A stretch of 64,000 bases of DNA, from positions 139,545 through 203,544 of the forward strand of contig RDEW01000046.1 in NCBI GenBank assembly GCA_011109175.1, read 5' to 3'. The notes beneath the pieces are model-generated. The model made no database searches, had not been told where the DNA came from, and saw only the letters and a list, made by a program, of their open reading frames with translations. The number at the start of each line of letters is the position of its first letter. Within the stretch, counting starts at the first letter, position 1. The stretch comes from Dicyema japonicum. Lineage: Eukaryota; Animalia; Dicyemida. Shown here piece after piece: positions 27,061 through 38,959 of this stretch. Both the position numbers and the translations under genes were made by a program.

Positions 27061-30000
27061 ATGATAATTATAGTTGTTGTGGTGTTGACATGTCCGTTTC
27101 TAATCATACCGAGAAATCGAATCCTATGGGCCTTCCTGCAAAATCAAATAAAGAAGATAGTTTAGTAGAAGCAGGACCGTCGTCTGTGGGGCTGGATAAT
27201 GTCACAAGAACTAATATCAACATCGCTGGGAATATTGGTGCCAATACCAACTTGCATTCATTATCTGCCATTATTGAAGAGGTCCACTGTGTCTCTGAAG
27301 CTGAGTGGGTATCTCAGATTTTTCTTGCCACGAAACAAAGATTTGGAAGGATACCTAGAGGTGGCTGGAACCTCGTACTTAAAAAGTTCAATGAAAAGTA
27401 CTCCAAGAGTTCCAGTCTATGTCAACTAAAAAAGATGCTGAAACCTGAAAATCGGAATAACAATGTAAAAGGAGGCGAATGTTTCAAAGTGCAAAATAAT
27501 ACTAATGTGGAAATTTCCACCTTCAGAAATTGCCTTGAGGAACTAAAAGTACAAATTGAGAAAATTAAGTCAATTCCGAGGGATACTCGAAAACCAACAC
27601 CCAAAATTCAGAGAAAGTATGTCAGAGTTAATGTTTTGTCGGGACTAAATTCTGCAATATATTATATTACGAAAGATAATCCGCCTCAAGATATCAATCA
27701 AATTACTGATATTCTATATGCTGCACAGTGTGCTTATATGGCTTTAACTGCGAAGGTTAAACCGCAAAGTACGTGGTTGGAGAACACTGAAAAGAAAATC
27801 TCAAAGCTGATGGCAGAACTAGAACTTGTCAATCGCTTTTCCAGACAAGCTCTCCCTGTGTATGAAAAACAAAAGGTTATGGATGTTCTTTGTGCCTATG
27901 GATACAAAAGGGCCAAAAAAGGGGAGGTTGCCAGGATTGAGGCTCTACTATGTGACCTTGTAAGAATTAAGAAGAAGCAAATAGCTGTACATCATTCGAG
28001 GAAGGACTTTCGCAAGGACAACTGTTGTTTTGAATTAAATCGAAGAAGATTTTATCGGAACCTATCAGCAAGCAATGAAGTAACGTTATATGGTTTCGAT
28101 GATGAGGATTGTATGTCGTTCTGGGAAAAAGTGTGGTCTAAAAGAAAAGAGATGCACGTGCCATATGACAGTGTGGGTAAAGTAAATACTGGTATTGAAG
28201 GCATGTTGCCAGAGTTCACAAATGAGTTTATCCTGGATGTTATTAAATGGCTCCCCGATTGGAAGGCGTGTGGATGCGATGGGTCATATAACTTCTTTAT
28301 TAAGAAAATGGAATCTTTACATGGCTTTTTATGTACTGAGATTAACCGAATTATTAATGGGGAATATATGCCTGAAAGTTGGTTTTATACTGGAATAACC
28401 TATTTAATTCCTAAAAAGGATGATTGTGAGACTCCTAAAGACTTACGTCCTATAACGTGTATGCCAACTTTATATAAACTTATTACCAAATGTGTTAATT
28501 CCAAACTCTCAGATTTTGTGGATTCGTTTGGTCTATTATCTGACAATCAGCTGGGAACGAGGAAACATTGTCAGGGCGCTAAGGAACAGGCCCTTATTAA
28601 TCAATGCTTAAATAAGGAGTATGGAAACGCCCTTTATTCTGCTTGGGTGGATGTGAAGAAGGCCTTTGATTGTGTTGATCATGAATTTTTATTTCATGTA
28701 TTGGACTGCTCAGGAATACCCCGTTGGATTGTAAACTTTGTACAGACCATAGTCAAGAAGTGGACTGTAAATCTCCACTTAGATGGAAGAAGAATTGGTT
28801 CTGTAAAACTGGGACGGGGAATTTTGCAAGGAGATTCATTATCCCCTCAACTATTTGTTATGGTAATGGAACCCTTGAGCAGGACTCTTAACTTTATGTT
28901 CCCAAGACTCCAAATTAATCAGGAGGATCCTAATACACTGACTTATTCTACAAATCATTTGTTATTCATTGATGACCTAAAGATATTTGGGCTAAAAGAA
29001 GATACTGTTATTAAAATGATGGAAGTTGTTCGCGTGTTGAGATGAATTCGGAATAGTCACTGTCTAATGTTAAATCGTTGTCATGTTGTGAGACTCTGGA
29101 AGGAGTCAGTGGATATCGATATTTGGGTGTGTTTGAAGATGAGGGAAGTAATGTTCTTAAAAGCAAAGTTATGGAGTCCATACTTGAAAATGTTAAGAAG
29201 AGAATAACCATGCTTTCAAAAACAAAGTTAAATTCTGTGAACTTATTTCGCGCAATAAATGAATACGCAATGTCCCTATATAACTATTATATAGGATTAA
29301 TTAATATTGAACCATACGAATTTGATGATATTGACCAACAAATACGCAACTGCTTACGTCACTCAAGTTGCACCTCAAACCTGCAAATAAAGAGAGGCTG
29401 TATTTGGACAGGAAGACTTTTGGAAGAGGACTTTCCTCGATTTCATTAAAGAGCGAATTAATATTTTTCCAGTTTCTTAAAAGTTTGGAAAAACAATCGA
29501 CTGTGTGTTTGCGAAGGTCGGGGATTCTGCGAGTAATAAAAACAAAAAAATGGCACTTGGCTACAATCTCAGGATTTCTTGCCTCTAAATATGCAATTGC
29601 CGACAGGGAAAGCATGGATATTAAGTCCCTCAAGGACACTCAGAAAAAATATTTATTAAATAAAATTTATTGCAGAACACTACACTCAATTATGTTCAAA
29701 TGTATTGATGAAACAAATGTCGACCTATATACTTCCTCAGAATGGTTTTCCAAAGGAAATAAAGACCCACGGAGCAAAACATTATACTGTCTTTTGCAAG
29801 ATAGGAATTTGTTTTTTGCACACACAGAGTCATTATGCAACCATTGTAAAAAAAGCAAGAAAACTGTTGATCATTTGGCCACTCAGTGTGGTAAAATGCT
29901 AAATAGTGATTGTCTCCGAAGACATAATGAAGTGGTAAAGTGCATCCATCATCAACTTTGTCGAATTTATAAAATCAAAAAAAGCAGGAAATTGATAGGA

Positions 30001-30650
30001 CAGTCGGTTCAGTCAATATTGACGAATCAAAATGTCGATATTATAGTTGTCACGTCGATTTTGACAGAAACAAAAGTCCAATACAATAAACCTGATATTT
30101 TTGTGTATGACAAAAAAAGAAAGAAGTAACTTTAATTGAAGTGGGGATTACCTCACAAGATCGACTAAAGCAAGTTGAAGTTGAGAAACTTCACAAATAT
30201 GACTTGCTTGCAAATGAACTTTCGCTGCTCTATGAATGCCAAGTGAAGATTATTCCAGTGGTTTTGACATGGGATGGAGTTGTCTCAAGATGCTTCAGGA
30301 ATCATATGGATAAATTATCTATTGAAGAATCAACGATGACTTACATCCAATCGGTTGTGCTGAAGAGAACGCTCGAAAGTATGCTCATTGAACATAAGCA
30401 TGGGATGAAGGTATACGATGAAGAGTACGCCTCTGCTACCTCCCAACTTGTGGAACTGGCATGCCGTGAGGACAGCCCACTGGACTCTAACGGAGATATT
30501 TTGACTGAATCTGATGTGGAGATGCGGAGTAACAGGGAGGTTATGGCACACTCTTCTTCTAAGAGAAGAAGAGGGATTACCAACAATCTGGATCAAAATA
30601 CGCTTAATTAGTTAATTAGTTAATTTACTCGTTATTCATTGAAAAATATT
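27061..30650 (+). mobile_element. R4/Dong-like RT-RLE retrotransposon, near full length, frameshifted
   Basis: LRPITCMPTLYK, NQLG..QGAKEQ, GILQGDSLSP, HLLFIDDLK, YRYLG, CCHC (CNHC..H..C), RHN, KPDI, EVGIT, KYD. Imperfect TSD ttcactaYtt at 27051-27060 and 30651-30660. Confidence 0.9.
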
Positions 30651-30866
30651 TTCACTACTTTATTATTTTTAATGAAATCAAAGTTTATTTAAACAACATA
30701 AATTTATTCTTTTATTCGACACTGCCATCCATCCAAAGTGGACTTATTTATCTAACTTTATTAAATTATATTTAATTGCAATTGGTTGCCCTAGTAATTA
30801 TTCAATTCATGAAATGACTGAACTTTTATAAGTTAATTACACAAATTGCCTGAATCAATTTAGACA

Positions 30867-33854
30867 TATTTGTCTTGTGGTGTATTGGCCGTTCTACTTT
30901 TTGGATTGAACATGACAATGGAAAAGGATCCGAAACCAACACCGAAACCCAAAGAGCAAATTTCTCGCACGTCTATCCCCTGCATTATCTGTGGAGAGGC
31001 AAACAAGAGGAAATATAGTATCCAATGTTCCGTTGCCCAAATTTTGGACACCTTGGGTGCAACAAGCTGACAAGACGGACTGCTCAGTGTCTCCCAAGTT
31101 GGTCATGCCCCAAATGCCTTGGGAACTCCACAAGGAATGGAACCGCTCTCTGGTTCAGTCCTGGACTAATGTTTACGCCGCCTGAACTGGCTTGTATCAG
31201 AGAGGGTTATCCACTCAGAATCCCAAAGTCGGTGCGCCTAGCAGCTGCACGTGGTCTCTCAAAACTAATCACCAAAGCAGTCAGTGACAACACCCAAGAA
31301 GCTTGGATGCGCCTTCTCTGCTTTGCACTCTTGTCCTCGGATCACATCCGACCGAACTGAAGGAACGGAATGTCAAGTCAATCATCAAAAGGAACGTTTC
31401 TAAATACGAAAGTATCAACCTGGCGGATACACTGGAAACCATTTCGACTGCTGTTGACTCACCCTCTTCATCCAGAACCAAGATAAGGGATCTTCGCAGA
31501 GAAATAAACAAGAAGATCATGGTCGGGGACATTCGGGGAGCCCTATGTACACTCTCCAGCAGCGACAAGGTTCTTTCACCAAGCAAAGAAACCTTAGACC
31601 AGTTAGTCCAGAAACATCCGCCCGCACCAGCTAATCTACATGACACGAAAATTCAAAAGGATGTCCCACAATAAATGCCACCCTAATGATATTAAATGGG
31701 CTATTCGTGCATTCCCTGGAAGCAGCGGCGCCGGTCTGGACGGCCTACGCCCAAGCCACATAAAAGATCTCACCTCTGTAACAACCGTCGACACAGGGGA
31801 CTCCCTCATCGTCTCATTGAATGCTCTTACGAACCACGTTCTTCGGACAGATATCTCGGAGTATGCTCGATAACTCCTCTTCGCTTCGAGGTTGGTAGCC
31901 TTCAAGAAGCCTTGCGGCGGGATAAGACCCATCGCCATTGGTAACGTCCTTAGGCGCCTATCGTCGAAGATCGCTGCCAGAGCAGCCAGCAAGACTTTGA
32001 GTGCCGAACTTAGTCCTGTCCAACTCGGAGTTGGAGTACCTAATGGATGTGAAGCAGTAATACATTCAACCGGAATTTTGTTGCCAGCCCTCCTGACGCG
32101 CAGATTCAATTATAGTCAAACTGGACATACGTAATGCATTCAATGCATCCGAAGGGATAGAATCATAGAAGATAGTGTCTCTAGGATTCCTGATATCAGC
32201 AGGATGGTCAGACTCTCATATGGTTCCCCGTGTACGCTGATCTTCGGACATCACGCCATCAAGTCCAAGACTGGAGTCCAACAAACAGACCTCACTTGGC
32301 TCTCTACTCTTTGCTTTGGGAATCGACTGTGTATCATCTGCGATCAAAACTCCCTTGAACTTATGGTACCTTGATGACGCGATCATTGGGGGGAGTTGGG
32401 AAATTGTTGTGGAAGAGGTTAAACGCGTCATCCCTGCCCTCGCGGCACTCTGACTGAGACGAATCCATCGAAGTGCGAAGTTATTAACGTGACCTGTGGA
32501 GAGGACACCTTTGAGCGCGCAATAACGACCATTTCTACTTGCCTCCAGGACATCAAAGTCACCCGACTAGAAAAGGCGATTTTCCTCGGATCTCCTCTGT
32601 ATGACATGTCAACTGTCCTGGAGGAGAAGAGTGAATCCGTACAGCTGCTCACGCACAATCTAAAGGCTTTGGACTCCCACATTTCTCTCTTCATCCTCAA
32701 GAATTTTCACCTTACACCACGACTCCGTTTTTTTCTACGGACATCCCCATGTTTCACAGACATGGATTTCTTGAAAGTTATCGATGAGAAGCTGAGGACC
32801 TCTGTTGAAGAAACACTTAACATCTCTCTGGATAAAGCAGGGTGGACCCAATGCAAGTTACCACTTCGTTATGGAGGAATTGGGATACGCTCGCCACTTG
32901 AACTCGCCCTCCCAGCCTTTCTGTCTTCGACATATGCTTCCCGTGGTCTAGTTCACCAGATCCTACGCTACATTAACGGATCGGACACTGAACCAATGGC
33001 ATGCATGGCTCACGATGTTTGGATTGGACTTAATTTGGGACTCCCGAAGAACTTCAACTTCAACAAACAACGAGACTGGAACGAACTTGTATGTTGAGGA
33101 CCATCGATGAGCTAAAACCACAACTCGACCAGCATCGACTTGGCTTGTCTGGCTACCGCATCAACAAACGTAAGTGGTGCATGGCTCAAAGCATTCCCGT
33201 GCATTTCACTCGGAACTTTTCTGGACGATGACTCCACGAGGATTGGGGTTTGCGTCCGCCTCGGAATCGATGTTTGCGCAATCCATCGCTGTAGATGTGG
33301 AGGAATAGTCGACGCGAAAAGACTCCACGCACTTTCTTGCCGAAGGAGCCTGAGACATAGTGCAATCAACAAGGTTATTGCGGGGACTAGAAGCTGCCGG
33401 ATTCCCTGTCCAGATGGAGCCCCTAGGACTTGCCACGGCAAACAGAAGGCCGGATGGAGCGACTCTGTTCCCTTGGGATGCTGGGAAGTACCTGGCCTAG
33501 GATGCGTAGATAGCTTCTCCCCTTCCAATATTACAATGAGTGCGACAAATCCAGGCTCAGCTGCAGAGAAAGCAGAAATACTTAAAGCAAAGAAGTACAC
33601 ATGCCTCGGCGAGCAGTACACATTTGAACCAGTCGCAGTCGAAACTTCGGGAGTCATAGGAAGCAGGTCGTTAGCCTGCTCAACAAAATTGGATCGTTAG
33701 TCGCTAAAAGGAGGAGGGATGTCAGAGAGAAGGGCTGGCTCATTGAGCGCATCTCCTTACAGATCGTAAGGGGAAATGCGCTCTCAATCCTGAGAGCAGC
33801 CAGTAGCCTTTAACTATTTGGTTTTATTCTTCAATAAATTGTTATCTTAAAAAA
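30867..33854 (+). mobile_element. CRE-clade retrotransposon copy 2 (PHD-RT-RLE), full length with 10-bp TSD
   Basis: PHD ~30975-31125, GGIRPIAIG, WYLDD, CRCGG, AVETSG, IVRGNA, AATAAA plus A-tail. TSD AATTTAGACA at 30857-30866 and 33855-33864. Confidence 0.9.
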
Positions 33855-33878
33855 AATTTAGACAATTTGTGTAATCAC

Positions 33879-36800
33879 TAGGGCAACATAATTCAGAGAC
33901 TTTAGTCTAAAAATAATGATTAATTTTAAAAATGTCAAAAAATGTTTTATAAAAAGTTTTTTTAAATCAATTAGGTCAATTTTTTTAATTAGGTCAATTT
34001 TTAAATAAAAATTTAAATAATATAATTATATCATCATTTTAAGCATCAAAATAAATTTAAAGTAATCGACGTGACATTTCTGTCTTATTGTAACAATTCT
34101 TTAACTAAATTATACAGTATATATGCCTACAAATAAACCTTCTGATTTTAAAAAAGCTAAAAATATTTTTGACAAATATCCCAAAAAGTTTTCAATTACA
34201 CCGAATGGAATGCTTTTTTGTAATTTATGTGAGTTACCCGTAACTTGCAAGAAACAACACAAGGAAACACAGAAGCACTCTTCACGAATAAATATATCCA
34301 CAAATAAAAAAAAAACAATTGAATATTGTTCCAAATGATTTCTTAAGAAATTTTTAACAGACGTAACGGAAGCATTTGTATCTGCAAACATTCCACTCTA
34401 TAAATTGAGGAATCGAGCAATAATCAACTTATTCGAAAGTATTGAGCATCAACTTCCTTCAGAGTATCTGGTGGCACATGTTGTGGACTCTACTTCACAA
34501 TCAAAAAGGACCCACTACCCTTTCCAATCCAAGAAGATCATCCTTCCTGGACGGCCCCCTATTGGCCACTAATTAAAAAATATATCTGAATAATTCAATA
34601 ATGTAATTTTAATTCATTGGTTTATTTTCTGACATTTAAATTCTATAAATAAATGCTATAAATTTTCAAACCACAATCATTGACATAAAACGTGTTTTGT
34701 TTACTGTCATGTCAAAGAGCACTACATCAATAAATAACAAATCGAAGATGTATGCTATATGATTAAGATGAATACGAAATACAGAATGCTCGACTGTTTT
34801 GTTTTTATTCAATGATATATTCAATCCATCAAAGAAATTTAAAAGTGTTACAGCAAAGAATAAATCTATAAGATATCTTTTCAGAGATATCGGATGTCCT
34901 CCAGATGTTATTCCACAAGGTATTCCTGGATAAATTTTAGTGACCTAGATGGTTTGTTGCAGTAAATTACTATTTCGGAAATTACATCACCGTATAATTA
35001 GTTCTTTTGACTGTTAAGGAATTTAAAAATCAAATCAAATAGAACAAAATCTACTCTCGTTAAGATCAATAGTTTTTTTAACTATTATGGATTAGATCAG
35101 TTGTTCAGAGAGGCATAAAAAAATTACAATAATAAAGCATATAAAGAGGATGAAATATTTGTTTTTGTGGAGATCCAGCGGAAGTAAAGAAATATTTTAC
35201 GAAGAAACAAGAACATAATGAAATAACATAATTGACCAGTAAATTCAAAATATAACATGAAATGACTATTAAGATTTGAACGGATACACTGTAGACATGG
35301 AACTTTGGAGATCAATAAAAAAGTTGAAATTTTTAATTAGAAAAATCAGAAATTTCAAAGACACTAATGTGGAAAACTATGCGATTGTGAACTAAAATAT
35401 TACTAAATTGTGAATAACTCGATAAACGATGAATAAAATTACTTTAAATTTTCATAAGCGTAGTTTATATATGAAAAAAGTTGCAACTAGTATTTTAGGT
35501 CAATTTTTAAATTTTAGATCAGTTAAATTGACTTTTAAGGGCAATTTTTATCAATTTTAGATCAGTTAAATTTTTTTTAATTAAACAAATGTCAGTTGAG
35601 GAAGCCTGCTGCGTGGATTGCGAACGAGTTCCTCGGAGTATAGCTATTCCAATCTTGAAGGGGAAAAGCCGTCAGGTCTCTTCCCATCTCCTCGATCAAG
35701 ACCCACTGGTTCAAGCTGTGCTGGGAAGCCTGAAGCCTTCAGAGCTCTGACGATCACATCGTTCAGAGCAGCATGACGTGTCCCCTTCCGGCGCTTCTTC
35801 TGCAGGACAGCGGTGCAATCCTTTCGCATCGACTGTTTTCCCGCATCGGCATCGGTGCTCCTGGCAAACGTCTAGTCCCAGTTTTTGTCCGATTCCAATC
35901 CTCAAAGAATCGTCGTCCAAAAAAAATCCCGAGGTTTGGGCAAAGTATTGCACCAAGCCATGCTCCACTCCCTCTACTTGAAACTGACACCAAACAAGCC
36001 AGACGATGTTGATTTGCTTCTTTTTTAAGGTCTTCCAAAATTTTGGAGCAGACAATGTTATCCAATTACTTTGCTTTGTTCTGTCTTCAGGGATTTTGAG
36101 TCCGGACTCGTTCCATTTCCGACAAGCTTCGTCAAATGACTCATTCCAGCGAAGTCCAATAGTGTTATGAAGGACTTGCCGTGTCAAATGGCTGCAGCTT
36201 GAGAGAGGCGATAGATATGCCGGGTATGCAATTTCCAGCGCCGATCTTAGTCCGACACCCCCCAATCCAGAGGGAAGCTTACATTGTTTCCAACCAAGTT
36301 CGTCAAAGGGGACGTTAATTAGTGATTCAACAGTTTGCTTGAGAGACTTGTCTATTGAAAGTAGAGTGTCGTATTGTTCGTAGCAGGGTGAACATCGGAG
36401 TAGATATAAAAGCTTGGGTAGTCCGATGTTGTTTCTCATCAGGAAGAAAGATGTGTGAGAGACGAGACATGACAATCTTTTCGCAAGGCGTGTTAATTCT
36501 TTATTTTTGGAAAGTAGATGGTTCTTGAGTTCATCTTCGCTGAGTGGGCATCCAAGGAAATATAATTTATCAACTGGCACAGTCGGGATCTTAGGAAGCA
36601 GTTCGTTAAAAGACTTTTTGATAGAGAGGAAGTCGTTGTATGGATATGAGACATTTATTAGCTCTGATTTGTTAACATTGATTTCCAATTTCAAATGTTT
36701 TAAATCGGGTAACGCTTTACGTAATGAATTGTATGTTTCTTTGAACGATCCTCCAATTGTGGCATCATCAAGGTACCAGAGATTTAGCTGAGCATCAATT

Positions 36801-38366
36801 GATCTCACAACCTCATCAATGGTCAAGGCAAATAAGAGAGGTCAGAGCGGATCTCCTTGTTGGACACCCGTTTTTGATTTAATAATTTCATTTTCAAAAA
36901 CCAAAAACGTATCTTCCCCATAGGATAAATTGACAAGAGGAAAAAGCTTTGGAGCCCTCTTCCAACACGTTTTCATAATTTCATCTCTTCTGAGAGAATT
37001 GAAGGCATTCGTTATGTCTAACTTGATTCCAATGCATTCATTTGAAATATTTTTCTGTGTGAAAAAACGCCTTGCTGCATGAACCGCAACCTCACATCCG
37101 TTCTGGATACTAACACCCATTTGTTTAGGAAAGAACTCCTCTCCGAGTTGTCGGCTCACCAGGGTAGATGCTACTTTTGCTGCAAGTTTCTAAAATAGTT
37201 TCCGACCGCAATGGGGCGATTCCTCCGTTGGGTTTTTTGAAAGCAAGTAGCCTTGCGGAGAAGAGAAATTCTCTGGCATATTTTGGGATGTCGCCGTTAA
37301 CCATTTTTCTGATTAGGTACGTAATTGATTTGACAAGACAGCGTCCAGCTTCCGAGGTGTAAGTGGACGTAAAGTCCTTAATATGGCCAGGACGTAACCC
37401 TTCCAAGCCTCCACCGCTGCTAGCGGCGAAGGAAGTTATTCCGTGGCGCACTTCGGATTCGGTAATGATGATCTCCTGGGTTCCTTCAGGATTCAAAAAG
37501 GTATTTAGGACCTCGGGAATACAAGACAATACTGTGTCATCGGATGTGATAACCCGTAAGGCTACCCGCACGTCGCCTTCCAGAAGTTTCCGGTTTACTT
37601 TCTCCTTTAGTTTGTTGGGAGCATCTTTGATGAATGCTCCTCTGGTTTCGACCTCATTAACATTAAGTGGATGTTCAAGTATTGCGTGTATGTTATGACA
37701 GCTAAAATTCATTATGTTTCGTTTCAGTTTCCCGGATAAGTTGAGTCGGGAGTTTGTTTATTTATTATTGTCCTCAGATTCCTTTGTAGGTATTCCGAGT
37801 GCGACAGATGCAAAGCATATAAGTTTTAGCCAGGATTCCCAACTGTCAGAGAATAGTGCGTGATCAATGACATCTGAAAGACACGTTGCTGCGGCAATTC
37901 GTACTCCTTTAGGGATTTTTACTGAGATCTTCATGGCTTTCCTGAGGTTCGAGATCTTCAAGAGAGTATGGTCTGTATGTGGCAGTGTAAAGTTTGGCTG
38001 AGTTATTTTTTCCCGCCTGGGGGCCTCCATTCCAATACAAGAGGGGCACAGCCAACTCGACAGCGTCTCGGCGCAAGCTTTACTCATTTTTATGCAGCCC
38101 AGATGGGCGAATGATTCACATTGTGTGCAGTTAATCCCATATTTCCTGATGTTCGATTGTCCACATGAAAAACATACCTGATTTGTCCGTACTGGATTTG
38201 TTCTTCGTACTTTGTCTTCTTTTCGTTCTTTATTTTCCATGAGATTTTGTTGACCACACCACACCACTTAATAAACGTTTTTCTTTTTGTTCTTTATTTC
38301 CAGATCAGTTAAATTGACTTTTAAGGGCAATTTTTATTTTTTTAAGTCAATCAAAATGTTGCCCTA
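33879..38366 (+). mobile_element. hAT element 2 with CGGBP-like transposase remnant
   Basis: 11-bp TIR TAGGGCAACAT, perfect 8-bp TSD GTAATCAC (33871-33878, 38367-38374), subterminal AGGTCAATTTTT repeats. Transposase remnant 34123-34470 (FCNLCE..H; DVTEAFVSANIPLYKL..LPSE). Confidence 0.9.
35573..38301 (-). mobile_element. CRE-clade retrotransposon copy 3 (PHD-RT-RLE) with internal deletions and 14-bp TSD
   Basis: PHD CFSC..CTQC..HLGC..WLCPSC (37758-38267), [41 protein letters not shown] at 35559-35572 and 38302-38315, inside the 35-bp subterminal repeat of hAT element 2. Confidence 0.9.
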
Positions 38367-38469
38367 GTAATCACAAATATAGGCTAATTAGCACGAAACA
38401 GACAAATATTAACGTTCAATGATTTTCATAAATCATTTTGCATTCACTCTCACAAAAAGAGAATCAGAT

Positions 38470-38890
38470 CAAATTATAGTGTTGTTCGTCCAATTTTAGC
38501 GAAAGAATTTTTATCTCGTGCGCAGGTTGATCTGATAGACATGAAATCTCTATCATACGGCCGTTATAATTGGATTTTAGTATATCAAGATCATATCACT
38601 AAATTTTGTATCTTTCAAGCTTTAAAAAATTTGCTGGAGAAGTTGCTTTTTAATTTATCAACATTTTTTTAATGTTTGGAGCACCGCAAATATTGCAAAG
38701 TGATAATGGTATGAAGTTTACAGCTGAAATAATAACTACACTTTCTGAATTGTGGAATGGAATTACTATTATTCATGATATGTTTTATTACTTTTATTTT
38801 AATTATAGAAAGATTTCGTTACCCTCGAAATCAGGGATCAGTAGAAAGAGCAATAGGTAAATGGATTTATATTGACTAAAATAGATGCAA
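38470..38890 (+). pseudogene. Ginger/KRBA2-SCAND3-like rve integrase fragment
   Basis: RPI..SRAQVDLIDM, YQDHITKF, FGAPQILQSDNG.KF, QGSVERA. Confidence 0.8.
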
Positions 38891-38959
38891 ATGTTTCCTA
38901 TCTAATAATTTTAGTTTATTTGTAGACAAACAAAAATAGTTAATAGTTAGTTAACATCA

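Larger units (their letters stand above)
24023..30793. mobile_element. hAT-like element 1 (TAGGGCAA termini), non-autonomous, carrying nested retroelements
   Basis: Left end TAGGGC|AAAC (split by a LINE insertion), right end GTTGCCCTA at 30785-30793. 8-bp TSD GTAATCAT (24015-24022) / GTAATTAT (30794-30801), 7/8 match. Confidence 0.7.
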
